Assembly: GCF_006345805.1 (NCBI RefSeq)
Contig: NC_043008.1
Location: forward strand, 55,118,001 to 55,182,000
Source: Octopus sinensis
Taxonomy: Eukaryota
Direction of reading: 5' to 3'
Length of the DNA stretch: 64,000 nt
Position 1 is the stretch's first letter. Each line of letters opens with the position of its first letter. Both the position numbers and the translations under genes were made by a program. A model generated the notes under the pieces. That model was given only the letters and a program-made list of their open reading frames with translations, was not told the origin of the DNA and searched no databases. Shown here piece by piece: positions 49,580-60,638 of the stretch.

Positions 49580-50254
49580 ACAAAGGCGGCGAGCTGGCAG
49601 AAATGTTAGCACATCAAGTGAAATGCTTAGCAGTATTTCGTCTGCCGCTACGTTCTGAGTTCAAATTCCGCCAAGGTCGACTTTGCCTTTCATCCTTTCG
49701 GGGTCGATCAAATAAGTACCAGTTATGCACTGGGGTCGATATAATTGACTTAATTCCTTTGTCTGTCCTTGTTTGTCCCCTCTATGTTTAGCCCCTTGTG
49801 AGCAATAAAGAAATAAGAAACGTTAGCACGTCGGGCGAAAGGCGGCGAGCTGGCAGAAACGTTAGCACGCCGGGCGAAATGCGTAGCCGTATTTCGTCTG
49901 CCGTTATGTTCTGAGTTCAAATTCCGCCGAGGTCGACTTTGCCTTTCATCCTTTCGGGGTCGATTAAATAAGTACCAGTTACGCACTGGGGTCGATATAA
50001 TCGACTTAATCCGTGTGTCTGTCCTTGTTCGTCCCCTCTGTGTTTAGCCCCTTGTGGGTAGTAAAGAAATAGGTATTTCGTCTGCCGCTATGTTCTGAGT
50101 TCAAATTCCGCCAAGGTCAACTTTGCCTTTTATCCTTTCAGGGTCGATTAAATAAGTACCAGTTATGCACTGGGGTCAATGTAATTGACTTAATTCCTTT
50201 GTCTGTCCTTGTTTGTTCTTTCTGTGTTTAGCCCCTTGTGGGTAGTAAAGAAAT
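49580..50254 (+). mobile_element. SINE-B trimer flanked by a 24-bp target-site duplication
   Basis: aggtattgtttcttatggctagat occurs at 49556-49579 and 50255-50278, with three SINE bodies between. Confidence 0.85.
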
Positions 50255-51010
50255 AGGTATTGTTTCTTATGGCTAGATCTCCTCCCTGATAACTAACTCT
50301 AAACTATTTTACAAGTAAAGAATCTCCTACTCCACATGACTTCAAATGCATGAAGCAAGCAGACAAGTTATTGTATTTTCATAATAATCCAAGTTAACAC
50401 AGGGAAATATAAAAACAGCCTAAAACCTCCGTAAATAAACAGGTATTCCATAATAAACTTAATATAGTCTACACAATGAAACGGAACAGGGTTTTAAAAA
50501 ATATATTAACCACATACACCTGAGGCAGTTATTCTGTTATGTCTTGAGAAATAATAAAAATGTTTTGTATTAAGTATTTCAGAATATATTCATAGACAGC
50601 ACAATATATAGATTGTTGTAAACACCTTCAGTATATAGTTGCTCAACCTGTTAGAAAAATAGCAGCTAAATCTCCCTTGAACCCCATCTTTGTCTTAAGA
50701 AGAAGAAGAAAATAACATGGTCTTTGTTTTGTGTAATTTTTAAAGTAGTGAATTTCTTAAAATATCTTTGTCACCATTATACTTCAGATCATTATATAAA
50801 GCTCTACTTCTCCTTTTATTCTGGTATCAAGTTAGCATTTCACATTGATTACAATACATGTTTGTTTGTTGTTTTTTACTTTTTATCAGTGAATACAATA
50901 TCCAGTCTTTTGTATTTCTGTTCTTCTTTCAATTTGTTTAGGAAAGTCCTCCAACAATCTCATTTCATTGTTCTTAAAGGCTTGCATTTCTATTCTCACA
51001 AAAGGAATAT

Positions 51011-51399
51011 GTGGGTGGAAGCACTCTGTTGGTTACGACGACGAGGGTTCCGGTTGATCCGAATCAACGGAACAGCCTGCTCGTGAAATTAACGTGTAAG
51101 TGGCTGAGCACTCCACAGACACATGTACCCTTAATGTAGTTCTCGGGGATATTCAGCATGACACAGAGAGTGACAAGGCCGGCCCCTTGAAATACAGGTA
51201 CAACAGAAACAGGAAGTAAGAGTGAGAGAAAGTTGTGGTGAAAGAGTACAGCAGGGATCACCACCATCCCCTGCAGGAGCCTCATGGAGCTTTAGGTGTT
51301 TTCGCTCAATAAACACTCACAACGCCCAGTCTGGGAATCGAAACCGCGATCCTCTGACCGCGAGTCCGCTGCCCTAACCACTGGGCCATTGCGCCTCCA
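51011..51399 (-). mobile_element. SINE-D, full length, with 14-bp TSD
   Basis: cacaaaaggaatat occurs at 50997-51010 and 51400-51413. The tRNA-like head is on the reverse strand. Confidence 0.85.
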
Positions 51400-51544
51400 C
51401 ACAAAAGGAATATAGCTCCTTCCTGTGCATGTTGAACCAAATTTCTTGCAAAAATTCTAGTGAATCATTACAGCATATCACTGATGTCATGATCCTCGTT
51501 GTCATCATTGCCGTCTTCATGGTCGTTTTTATTTTCATTCATGG

Positions 51545-51990
51545 TGGTGAGCTGGCAGGCTTGCCAAAGCAATGTGAAAAATGCCTCGTAGTAATTGTTC
51601 CAGCTCTTTAGCTAGCAGAAACGTTAGCACGTCAGGCAAAATGCGTAGCCGTATTTCATCTGTCGTTACGTTCTGGGTTCAAATTCCGCCGAGGTCGACT
51701 TTGCCTTTCATCCTTTCGGGGTTGATAAATTAAGTACCAGTTACGCACTGGGGTCAATGTTATCGACTTAATCTGTTTGTCTGTCTTTGTTTGTCCCCTC
51801 TATGTTTAGCCCCTTGTGGGTAGTAAAGAAATATATGTTCTGAGTTCAAATCTCACTTTGGTCAACTTTACCTTTCATCCTTCTGGGGTTGATGAAATAA
51901 ACTGCAAGTCAAATACTGGGATTGATGTGACCAACTATCCTCACTTTCCCTCGAAAGTTACTTGCCTCATGCCTAAATTAGAAACAATTA
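51545..51990 (+). mobile_element. SINE-B cluster
   Basis: gagctggcag..., gcagaaacgttagcacg...gtagtaaagaaata|tatgttctgagttcaaa. Confidence 0.7.
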
Positions 51991-52052
51991 TTATCGCTGG
52001 TATTGTTATTATATGTTGGATGGTTGTGGCCATATTTTACTTCAAATGCCAG

Positions 52053-52124
52053 GCCTGATTGAGCTGACCTACAATGGAAGGTATTCCAGCCTGATTGAGC
52101 TGACCTACAATGGAAGGTATTCCA
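52053..52124. repeat. Perfect 36-bp tandem duplication
   Basis: gcctgattgagctgacctacaatggaaggtattcca occurs twice. Confidence 0.95.
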
Positions 52125-52252
52125 GCCAAGACTATATCCTCTCTGTATATAAGGTCTACATTATCCTCTATTTAACGTGGTAGGGCATGATATGATAGAG
52201 ATCTTAGCTGCTACTTGTGCTGTTTGTCGCCTGTTTGAGCAGCTTAATAGAG

Positions 52253-52436
52253 CAGTGCTCTGCAACCTTTTTTCACTTGCGATACATTTATATTCTTTTC
52301 AAAATCAGTAGCAAACATGGACTAGAAATATAACTAAAAGTACAGGGAAAAAAATTATATACAGGTTACACTGTGGCATACCTAGCATCGTCTTGTGACA
52401 CACCAGTGTGCTGTGACACATCGGTTCAGAGCACTG
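52253..52436. mobile_element. hAT (Charlie-like) MITE
   Basis: TIRs cagtgctctgcaacc / ggttcagagcactg. The 8-bp flanks taatagag / atatagag match at 6 of 8 positions. Confidence 0.55.
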
Positions 52437-52475
52437 ATATAGAGACTTGATTGTGTTTCATATATGTTGTATTTC

Positions 52476-52770
52476 TTCTTTTTACTTGTTTTGGGTAATT
52501 GAACTGCAACTATGCGAGGACAAAGCTTTGAGGTGGGAATTATGTTTTATAAGTGTTTTGCAAGTTGTATTTTGTATTTTTTTTTGTTTGTTGTTTTAGT
52601 CACCGAACTGTGAGTGAGTTGGGACTTCACCTTGAAGTGTTTAGTCAAGTGCTTATTTTTTAAGCCTGGTACTTAATCTATCAGTCCTTTTTGCCAAACT
52701 ACTAAGTTATGGGAATATGAACAAACCAATACCAGTTGTCAAGCAGAACTGAGGTGGGGACTAACATAAA
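52476..52770 (-). mobile_element. SINE-A 3' half, diverged
   Basis: ttttacttgtttt...tttttgccaaactactaagttatggg...ggggactaacataaac. Confidence 0.5.
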
Positions 52771-52845
52771 CGCACACATACACACACACACACACGCACA
52801 CATACACACGCACACACACGCACACATACACACACACACGCAAAA

Positions 52846-53070
52846 CCCTTTAGCATTCAGAATATTCTGTCAAATGTACTGCTTATTTATTCACATTGTT
52901 TTGAATCAACCGTGAATTGTCTTGTAACTTCTAGATTCTGATGGTGTGGTTGTTTATTTTTTGATAGAAAATCATTGTAGGGCAGGAGTGAGAAGCCAGA
53001 TCTGGCCGGTTTGAAGATAACATAGACAGAATATTTTGGCTGAATATAGCCAGTTTTAAATGCTAAAGGT
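52846..53070. mobile_element. piggyBac-like MITE
   Basis: ccctttagcattc ... aatgctaaaggt-TTAA. Inverted homologue of 32203-32423. Confidence 0.65.
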
Positions 53071-53227
53071 TTAAAGCAGTTGATTGGCTGAATTGTTAGA
53101 GCATGGGAAATAATGCTTCACAGTATATGTTCTAACTCTTTACATTCTGAGTTCAAATCCTATTAAAGTCAACTTTGTCTTTTGTCCATCCAACCGTGAT
53201 AAAATTAAATACTAGTCAAGAACTACT

Positions 53228-53635
53228 TCACTTGACTTGAGACAGCATTCACCTGGGGTGGGTTGAGCTGGCTTCATTCATCCTCAATGCTGCATCTCTC
53301 ACAAACGCCCACCAGGCCTGGCGATTTGAGGCTAATGGCCGTGTGATCTCCAACCACTCCTTATTCCAGCAGCAAACGCCGTAGATATGGGGGCCTAGGT
53401 TGGGTTCCTGATCAACCTTGACTGTCATCAGCCAGGTTTTTCGTTGTCCACCACATCACTTTCGCCAACCCTGAAGGGGAGCTGGGGCAATTGCTTCGTA
53501 GATGAATTCTCCTGGTTGACGACGGAGAGCATGACCCAGCCAACGCAGACGTCTCATTAGGATGACTTGTCGGAGGGAGGTGATTCTGCACTGGTGTCGC
53601 ACCGAATTGTTGGAGACAAAGTGATGGCATCACTT
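53228..53635 (-). pseudogene. RTE-like LINE 3' end remnant, (caagt)n-like tail
   Basis: Reverse translation ITSLRQVILMRRLRWLGHALRRQPGEFIYEAIAPAPLQGWRK*CGGQRKTWLMTVK...NRQAWWAFVRDAA. Confidence 0.8.
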
Positions 53636-54287
53636 AGTCAAGAACTAGGGTTGGTATAAACCGATCAACTATGGCTCTCCTCCAATTTTCAGGTTTTGTG
53701 CTTATATTAGAAACTATATATTTTAGTTAGAAAAAAGTACATTATCTCATGTCTCTCCTTCCCTCCCCCTCCTATTTTTTTCTCAGTACTTTGGTGTTCC
53801 TTGAATGACTTTGATAAATGCAGTTCTAGTCTAGGTGTTATAACAACAATAAAGATTTTTATCAACCACGTCTTGTTCAATATGTAGGAAGCTAGTAGGT
53901 ATAAGCTCGAATCTATATAATTAGTAAAAGCACTGGATACACAAAAGCTGTGGTGGTGATCCCTGATAAACTGAGAGAGAAATAGAGAGAGAGAGAGAAT
54001 CAGCACTTCAGGTGTGACAGATCTGTTTGGAACATCCCTGAATCGAAGTCCATGAAATGATGAAATGGTTCATTGTAATTTATTGATTTTTTTTTTGCTT
54101 TAATTAGGTGTTCTTGTTAATAGAGGTATGACTATAATGGAAGTTTAGGTGCTTGAGAAAGGAAAAAATAAATAAAATTAGGGAGATGTTGTTTCTGTTG
54201 GTAACGGTGTTTCTGTCTTTCCCTAAAAGGTGGATTGCAGGAGGCGTGTGTAAAAAATGTGAAGATGTGATGCTACATGGTAAGGAG

Positions 54288-54612
54288 AGAGAGAGAGACA
54301 GACAGACAGAGAAACAAAGAGACAAACAGACAGAGAAACAGAGAGACAAACAGACAGAGAAACAGAGAGACAAACAGAGAGGCAAACAGACAGAGAAATA
54401 GAGAGACAAACAGAGAGACAAACAGACAGACAAAGAAACAGAGAGACAAACAGACAGACAAATAGAGAGACAAACAGCCAGACAAAGAAACAGACAGACA
54501 GACAGACAGAGAAACAGAGAGACAAACAGACAGAAACAGAGAGACAAACAGAGAAGCAGAGAGACAAACAGACAGAGAAACAGAGAGAAAGACTGAGAGA
54601 CAGACAGAGTGA
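54288..54612. repeat. Purine-rich minisatellite, about 12/24-bp period (aacagagagaca/aacagacagaga)
   Basis: Seen directly. It explains the ORFs at 54104-54567. Confidence 0.9.
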
Positions 54613-54749
54613 GATGAAAACTGAATCTAGTTATGACTTAAAAGATATGAAACAAGTGCATTCTTTCATATTGTATATCAACTGGATTTGAAGGTGGAGT
54701 ATAACTTAGCTGAGAGAGTAGTTGGGCTTGAACCCTTCTGATACTAACC

Positions 54750-55152
54750 TGTCTGGGACCTGCCCATAGCTTGTGATACCAATTCCTTGCTTTGAGCGTG
54801 ATCGTTACCTGCGTCGCCTTACTGGCACTTGTGCTGGTGGCACATGAAAAAATTATTCGAGCGAGGTCGTTGCCAGTGCCGCTGGACTGGCTCCTGTGCA
54901 GGTGGCACATAAAAAGCACCATTTGAGCGTGGCCGTTGCCAGTACCGCCTGACTGGCCTTCATGCCGGTGGCACGTAAAAGCACCCACTACACTTTCGGA
55001 GTGGTTGGCGTTAGGAAGGGCATCCATCTGTAGAAACTCTGCCAGATCAGATTGGAATCTGATGCAGCCATCTGGTTCGCCAGTCCTCAGTCAAATCATT
55101 CAACCCATGCTGGCATGGAAATTAGACGTTAAACAAAGATGATGATGATGAT
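54750..55152 (+). mobile_element. Family C LINE 3' UTR
   Basis: Reverse complement of 9870-10350, ending gttaaacaaagatgatgatgatg. Confidence 0.8.
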
Positions 55153-56117
55153 ATCTAAATGAAAATTTGCCATTAAGATTTCATGTTAATTTATGCTTCA
55201 AACTCCAGCTTAACAGCAATTAAGCTATTTCAATAAATTCTTCCTCCAAATGGGTTAGTTAAAGATGTCAGTGTATGCAGGAAAGTCAGTCAGTGAAGAG
55301 CATCCGTGAAGTGTGAAGGAATGGGTAATGCTTATAGGTTTTTGCATGCTCTCTGAAAGCAGTGGAATTGATTTTAATTATGTTCCACTTGAACCATTGC
55401 AAGTCAACACCTGAAAAACAAACATGAACAGAGGCATAGTTCCAGAAACTTGATATTGTGGTTGGCTTAAGTGGAGGTAGCATGAACCCAGCCAGGTCCA
55501 AAAGAGCAGAAACTATAACAATAGTAACAGACAAAAGTATGCAGGGAGAAGTCAGATCTGAAGACATTAAGCTTCAGATAAGTTTACTGAAGGTTAACAA
55601 TGCATGAATGATGCTTTTTCTTTGACAAACCCACCTAGTGTCTACTGGTATGGGTAAATAGATGCTACAGCAATAATGGCAAAGTTGACAATATACAATG
55701 TATGAGAGAGAAGCGAAAAAGACCAGGTTAAATCCATGTAGCTTGTTTGGTGATTGTTTGTTTTTGTAATTTGTCTCCAGCATTTTTGCAAGATTTGAAA
55801 TAGATTTCTAAAATTAGAATTTAAAATGGTTCATATACATTCTATTGATTATATTATAAATATTAAATTATTTTTCAAAGTTGCAATTCCTGTTGAAGTG
55901 GCTGAATGGATTCAACTTGAAATGATTGTATTGAGATTTGAAACTTCTGAAGAGAACACGGGCTGTGGAGAATTGTGCCTTGGGCGAATTTACTAGACAA
56001 GTAATTTGCATTCCTTTTGGAATATAGTACCACCTCAACGGTGTTACTCTATTAGAACCTTCTGTTGGTTATAGTAATTATTGTGAGCGGTAACAGTATC
56101 TTTTTCTTTCATCATTT

Positions 56118-56346
56118 CTTTTACTTGTTTTAGTCATTAGACTGTGGCCATGCTGTGGCACTGCTTTGAAGAATTTTTAGTCAAATGAATCAAACCCAGT
56201 ACTTTTTTTTTTTAAGCTTGGTTCTTATTCTGTTGGTCTCTTTTGCTGAACTGCTAAGTTACAGGAATGAAAGCACACCAACACTAGTTGTTAAACGATG
56301 GTGGGGGACAAACACACACATAACACATACACACCTCTCTCTCTCA

Positions 56347-56407
<61 letters not shown>

Positions 56408-56563
56408 ACAGGCTTCTTTCAGTTTCCGTCTGCCAAATCCACTCACAAGGCTTTGGTAGGCCCAAGGCTACAGTAGAAGACACTTGCCCTAGGTGCTGCA
56501 CAGTGGGACTGAACCCGGAACCATGTGGTTAGGAAGCAAGCTTCTTACCACACAGCCACACCT
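56118..56563 (-). mobile_element. SINE-A with internal (CT)n(TA)n
   Basis: Complete reverse-strand copy. Confidence 0.8.
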
Positions 56564-56584
56564 GAATAGAAACAATATTAGTAA

Positions 56585-57690
56585 TGGCAGAAACGTTAGC
56601 AAGTCAGGCAAAATGCTTAGCGGCATTTTGTCTGTCTTTACGTTCTGAGTTCAAATTCCACCGAGGTTGACTTTGCCTTTCATCTTTTCATGGTTGGTAA
56701 ATTAAGTGCCAGTTGCATACTGGGGTCGATTTAATTAACTGGTCCCCTCCCCCAAAATTTGGGGCCTCGGGCCTAGAGTAGAAAAGAATATTAGTAATGG
56801 TGGTGGTGGTAGCAGGGGAAGTGGTAGTAATGGTGGTGGTTTTATTACTCTTCTGTATTGTAGATATAAACCTTACCAAGGCTGATATAATAAATACCAC
56901 CAAGTTTGAGTGCTGGGTGTCATCTAAATGATCATCTCCTTCCCTCTACACATTTATGGCTTTGTGTCACTGTTCAGTGTTGATAATTGTTTCTGACTTA
57001 AGCATAAGGACAACAATTTTGAGGAGTTGGAATTAATTGATTACATCAACTCTCAGTACTTGACAACTATATTTTATTATCCCTGGAGGAATGAAAAGCA
57101 AATTCAACCCCTGGCAGAATTTGAACTCAGAATGTTAGGAGTCAGAAGAAATACCACAAGGCATTCTTTCTGATGCTCGTATGATCATGCCAATCCACCA
57201 CCACAATAATAATAATGATAACAATAAGAGTAATAGTTATTATTATCATCATCATAGAGCATCATCATCATTATTTTAACATACTCTTTTCCTTGCCTGC
57301 ATGGGTGAGACAGAATTTTGTGAGGCAGATTTTCTAATGCTGGATGCATTTCCTGTTGCCAACCTTTGCCTGTTTCAAAGCAATGTAGTATTTCTCCATA
57401 GCTGGACATTATCCGCTCCCCCAAAATTTCAGGCCTTGTGCCTACAGTAATAAGGATTATTATTATTATTATTCTTCAGGTGGTGAGCTGGCAGAATGCT
57501 TAGCGGTATTTTGTCTGTCTTCATGTTATGAGTTCAAATTCTGCCGAGGTCGACTTTGCCCTTCATCCTTTAAGGGTTGATAAAACAAGTACCAGTTGTG
57601 TACTGGAGTCAATGTAATCGACTGTTCCCCTCCCCAAAATTTCAGGCTTTGTACCTATAATAGGAAGGATTATTATTATTATAATTATTC
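56585..57690. mobile_element. Cluster of SINE-B copies in both orientations
   Basis: + copies at about 56585-56800 and 57475-57680; a - copy at about 56990-57185. Confidence 0.65.
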
Positions 57691-57994
57691 CTAGAATTTA
57701 CCTCTTTAGTACCTGGACATCAACAGCAACAGCAAAAATGTGTAGATTACCAAACACTGTTTGAAATTTGAACTTTTATCTAGACTACTCAACTATTTTC
57801 AGTATCTAAATATATCTTCACCATATTTGATGGGTTTTTTTTTTCTTTTCCTTCCTATGTAAATTGAGACTTACCTGGTAAACAGGTCAAAAACAAATAG
57901 ACACAGAATTTCTCAGTAACTAAATAAAATATCAGGAAAATTGATAGATAAATTGTAATGTGGACCACATTTTGCTTTGCCTTAAGAAGTAATA

Positions 57995-58037
57995 TAATTA
58001 CATATATAATTATATTTACACACAAATATATATATAT

Positions 58038-58069
<32 letters not shown>

Positions 58070-58390
58070 ATATATTTGTGTGTAAATATAATATATATAT
58101 ATATATAATATATATTTGTGTGTAAATATAATTATTATATATATATATATATATATATTTGTGTGTAAATATAATTATTATATATATTATATATTATATA
58201 TAATATATATATATATATTTGTGTGTAAATATAATTATTATATATATATATATTATATATATTGTGTGTAAATATAATATTATATATATTTGTGTTGTAA
58301 ATATAATTATTTATATTATATATATATATATTTGTGTGTAATATAATTATTATATATTATTGTGTGTAAATATAATACGTATTATATATA

Positions 58391-58423
<33 letters not shown>

Positions 58424-58541
58424 ATATTTTGTGTGGTAAATATTATTATATATATATATACAATATATATATATATATATATTTGTGTGTAAATATAATT
58501 ATTATATATATATATATATTATATATATTTGTGTGTAAATA

Positions 58542-58577
<36 letters not shown>

Positions 58578-58744
58578 GTGTAAATATAATTATTATATAA
58601 TATTATACATATATATATAATATATATATTAACTATATATATATATATATATATGTTTGTGTGTAAATATAATTATTATATATATATATATATAATATAT
58701 ATATATAATTTGTGTGTAAATATAATTATTATATATATATATAC

Positions 58745-58780
<36 letters not shown>

Positions 58781-58800
58781 TTGTGTGTAAATATAATTAT
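57995..58800. repeat. AT-rich minisatellite (ttgtgtgtaaatataattat + (TA)n), about 20 units; first unit inverted
   Basis: The motif ttgtgtgtaaatataat recurs from 58075 to 58800. tataattatatttacacacaaata at about 58005-58028 is its reverse complement. Confidence 0.9.
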
Positions 58801-59177
58801 ATGTATATATGCACATGATGTTCACATACATGCACCCACAGCATTCATAAATACAATAATACAAGCACTACATGTTTAAACTTGCTTTTCCTGTCATGCA
58901 AGTAGATTTCTTTGTCTTCTTTTAGTACATATATTTATTTATTAACCTCCCTCCCTCCCTTCTTCCTTCCCTCTCTCTCTCTCTTCATACAGTTTTGTTT
59001 GTTTTGCTTTTTTACGTATTTTAGACTAATCTCTAATATCAATTACATAAATTGCACTGACCAACTAATACCTCTCTTGTTAAAGGAAATTTTTATTATA
59101 ATCACTTGATGATATGATGTGTATATCTATCTGTATCTCTCTCTCTCTCTCTTTCTCCACACACATACACACATGCA

Positions 59178-59395
59178 TGAGGGGGTGCTGAAAAGTTCCT
59201 GGCTTTGGGTGAAAGAAAATACAGGAGCATCAGTTAATGATGATTTTATTCAATCTATTCCCCTCCCAGGTTCACACACTTATTGCAGCGGTCCTTCAAT
59301 TTTCCTAAACCCTGTAAAAGAACTGGGAAGGTTGGGCCTCCAACCAGGCTTTTTACAATACCCTTAAAACCAGGAACTTTCCAGTAAATCTCACG
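59178..59395. mobile_element. Mariner-derived MITE
   Basis: TIRs gagggggtgctgaaaagttcctgg / ccaggaactttccag. Homologue of 22325-22514. Confidence 0.65.
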
Positions 59396-59465
59396 TGTAT
59401 CTGTGTGTGTATATATATATATATATATTGATTTAAAAGCTTTTGTATTATTGGAAAACCTATAT

Positions 59466-59554
59466 TTTTGGCCGAAGAGCACTCAGCATCTTAAATCTGC
59501 TGTAATAATTACAACTTTTAATAAAATGTTGTAGTGTGAAACAATTGTACCAAA
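59466..59554 (+). ncRNA. Type I hammerhead motif with U4>C substitution
   Basis: tttgg-CCGAAGA-GCACT-cagcat...atgttgt-AGTGT-GAAAC-AATT-GTA-ccaaa. Homologous to 39704-39790, and the flanking sequence is also shared. Confidence 0.55.
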
Positions 59555-59599
59555 TTACCAGAGTCATTCTTGTTGCTTATTTTTGATTATATATATATA

Positions 59600-59760
59600 T
59601 ATTAGGAAGGGCATCTGTTGGTGTAACGAAGGGCATCCAGCTGTAGAAACTCTGTCAGATCAGACTGGAGCCTGGGGCAGCCATCTAGTTCACCAGTCCA
59701 CAGTCAAATTGTCCAACCCATGCTAGCATGGAAAGCGGACGTTAAAGGATGATGATGATA
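59600..59760 (+). mobile_element. Family C LINE 3' tail
   Basis: agggcatccagctgtagaaactc...gcatggaaagcggacgttaaaggatgatgatg. Confidence 0.75.
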
Positions 59761-59777
59761 TATATATATATGATCAA

Positions 59778-60638
59778 CAGAGTGTAATCACATTGAGAGA
59801 AAAGTTAGGCACAGGAGGTATCAGATGTAGTGTGCAAGAGAGATGAATGCACTGGTGTGGTCATGTGATGCATATGGATGAGGACAGTTGTGTAAAGAAG
59901 CACCAATCCCTAACTGTGGAGGGAATCTGTGGTAGAGGTTGATCCAAGAAGACATGGGATTAGGTGGTGAAGCATGATCTCCAAACTTTGGACCTCACAG
60001 AGGCAATGACTAGTGACCAAGATCTTTGGTGATATGCTGTGCTTGAGTAGAAAAGCCAAGTGAAATTTCAGTCTGGTGTCACGTAAGCGTCACCGGTGCA
60101 GGTGACATGTAAAAAGCACCTTTCAAGTGTGAAGCTTCACGGAGGCAAAGTGGTTGAGCTCCTTTCGAATGTTGGGCCTCACAGAGGCAATGACCAAGAT
60201 CTTTGGCATTATGTTGTGCTTGAGAAGAACCACCATCAAGGTACCGGTGTCACACAAAGACCACCCATGCCGGTGACATGTAAAAGCACCTTCTGAGCAT
60301 GGGGCCTCACAGCGGCAAGGACTGAGACCATTTGGTATTATGCCGTGCTTTGAGCGTTGGGCCTCATGGAGGCAATGACTGAGTCCATTGGAGAAGAAGA
60401 CCCATCAAGCTTAGTAAAACCGCAGTGTCATGCAAATGGCACCTCTACCAATGGCACATAAAAGCACCCATTACACTCATGGAGTGGTTGGCATTAGGAA
60501 GGACATCCAGCTGTAGAAACCCTCTCAAAACAGACTGGAGTCTGGTGCAGGCTCCCAGTTTGCCAGCCCTGGTCAAACGATCTAACTCATGCCAGCATGG
60601 ACAACGGATGTTAACTGATGATGATGATGATGATGATA
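59778..60638 (+). mobile_element. RTE-like LINE: decayed RT C-terminus plus repeat-rich 3' UTR and (gat)n tail (source of family C)
   Basis: Translation QSVITLREKLGTGGIRCSVQER*MHWCGHVMHMDEDSCVKK...GICGRG*SKKTWD*VVKHDLQTLDLTEAMTSDQDLW*YAVLE fits the RLRW.GHV.RM...GRGRP.KTW...D...DR..W motif. It is continuous with the family C sequence. Confidence 0.8.

Noticed and set aside
51330-51399. tRNA-like sequences (also at 8450-8515, 38985-39047 and the SINE-A/B heads)
   Set aside because: They have A/B boxes but no complete cloverleaf and run into SINE bodies, so they are SINE heads rather than tRNA genes.
54104-54567. CLSV/RQRNRET repeat ORFs
   Set aside because: They are translations of a simple minisatellite.
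55286-55783. Nearly continuous 160-codon minus-strand frame with one stop
   Set aside because: No recognisable domain and no convincing splice-site pair.
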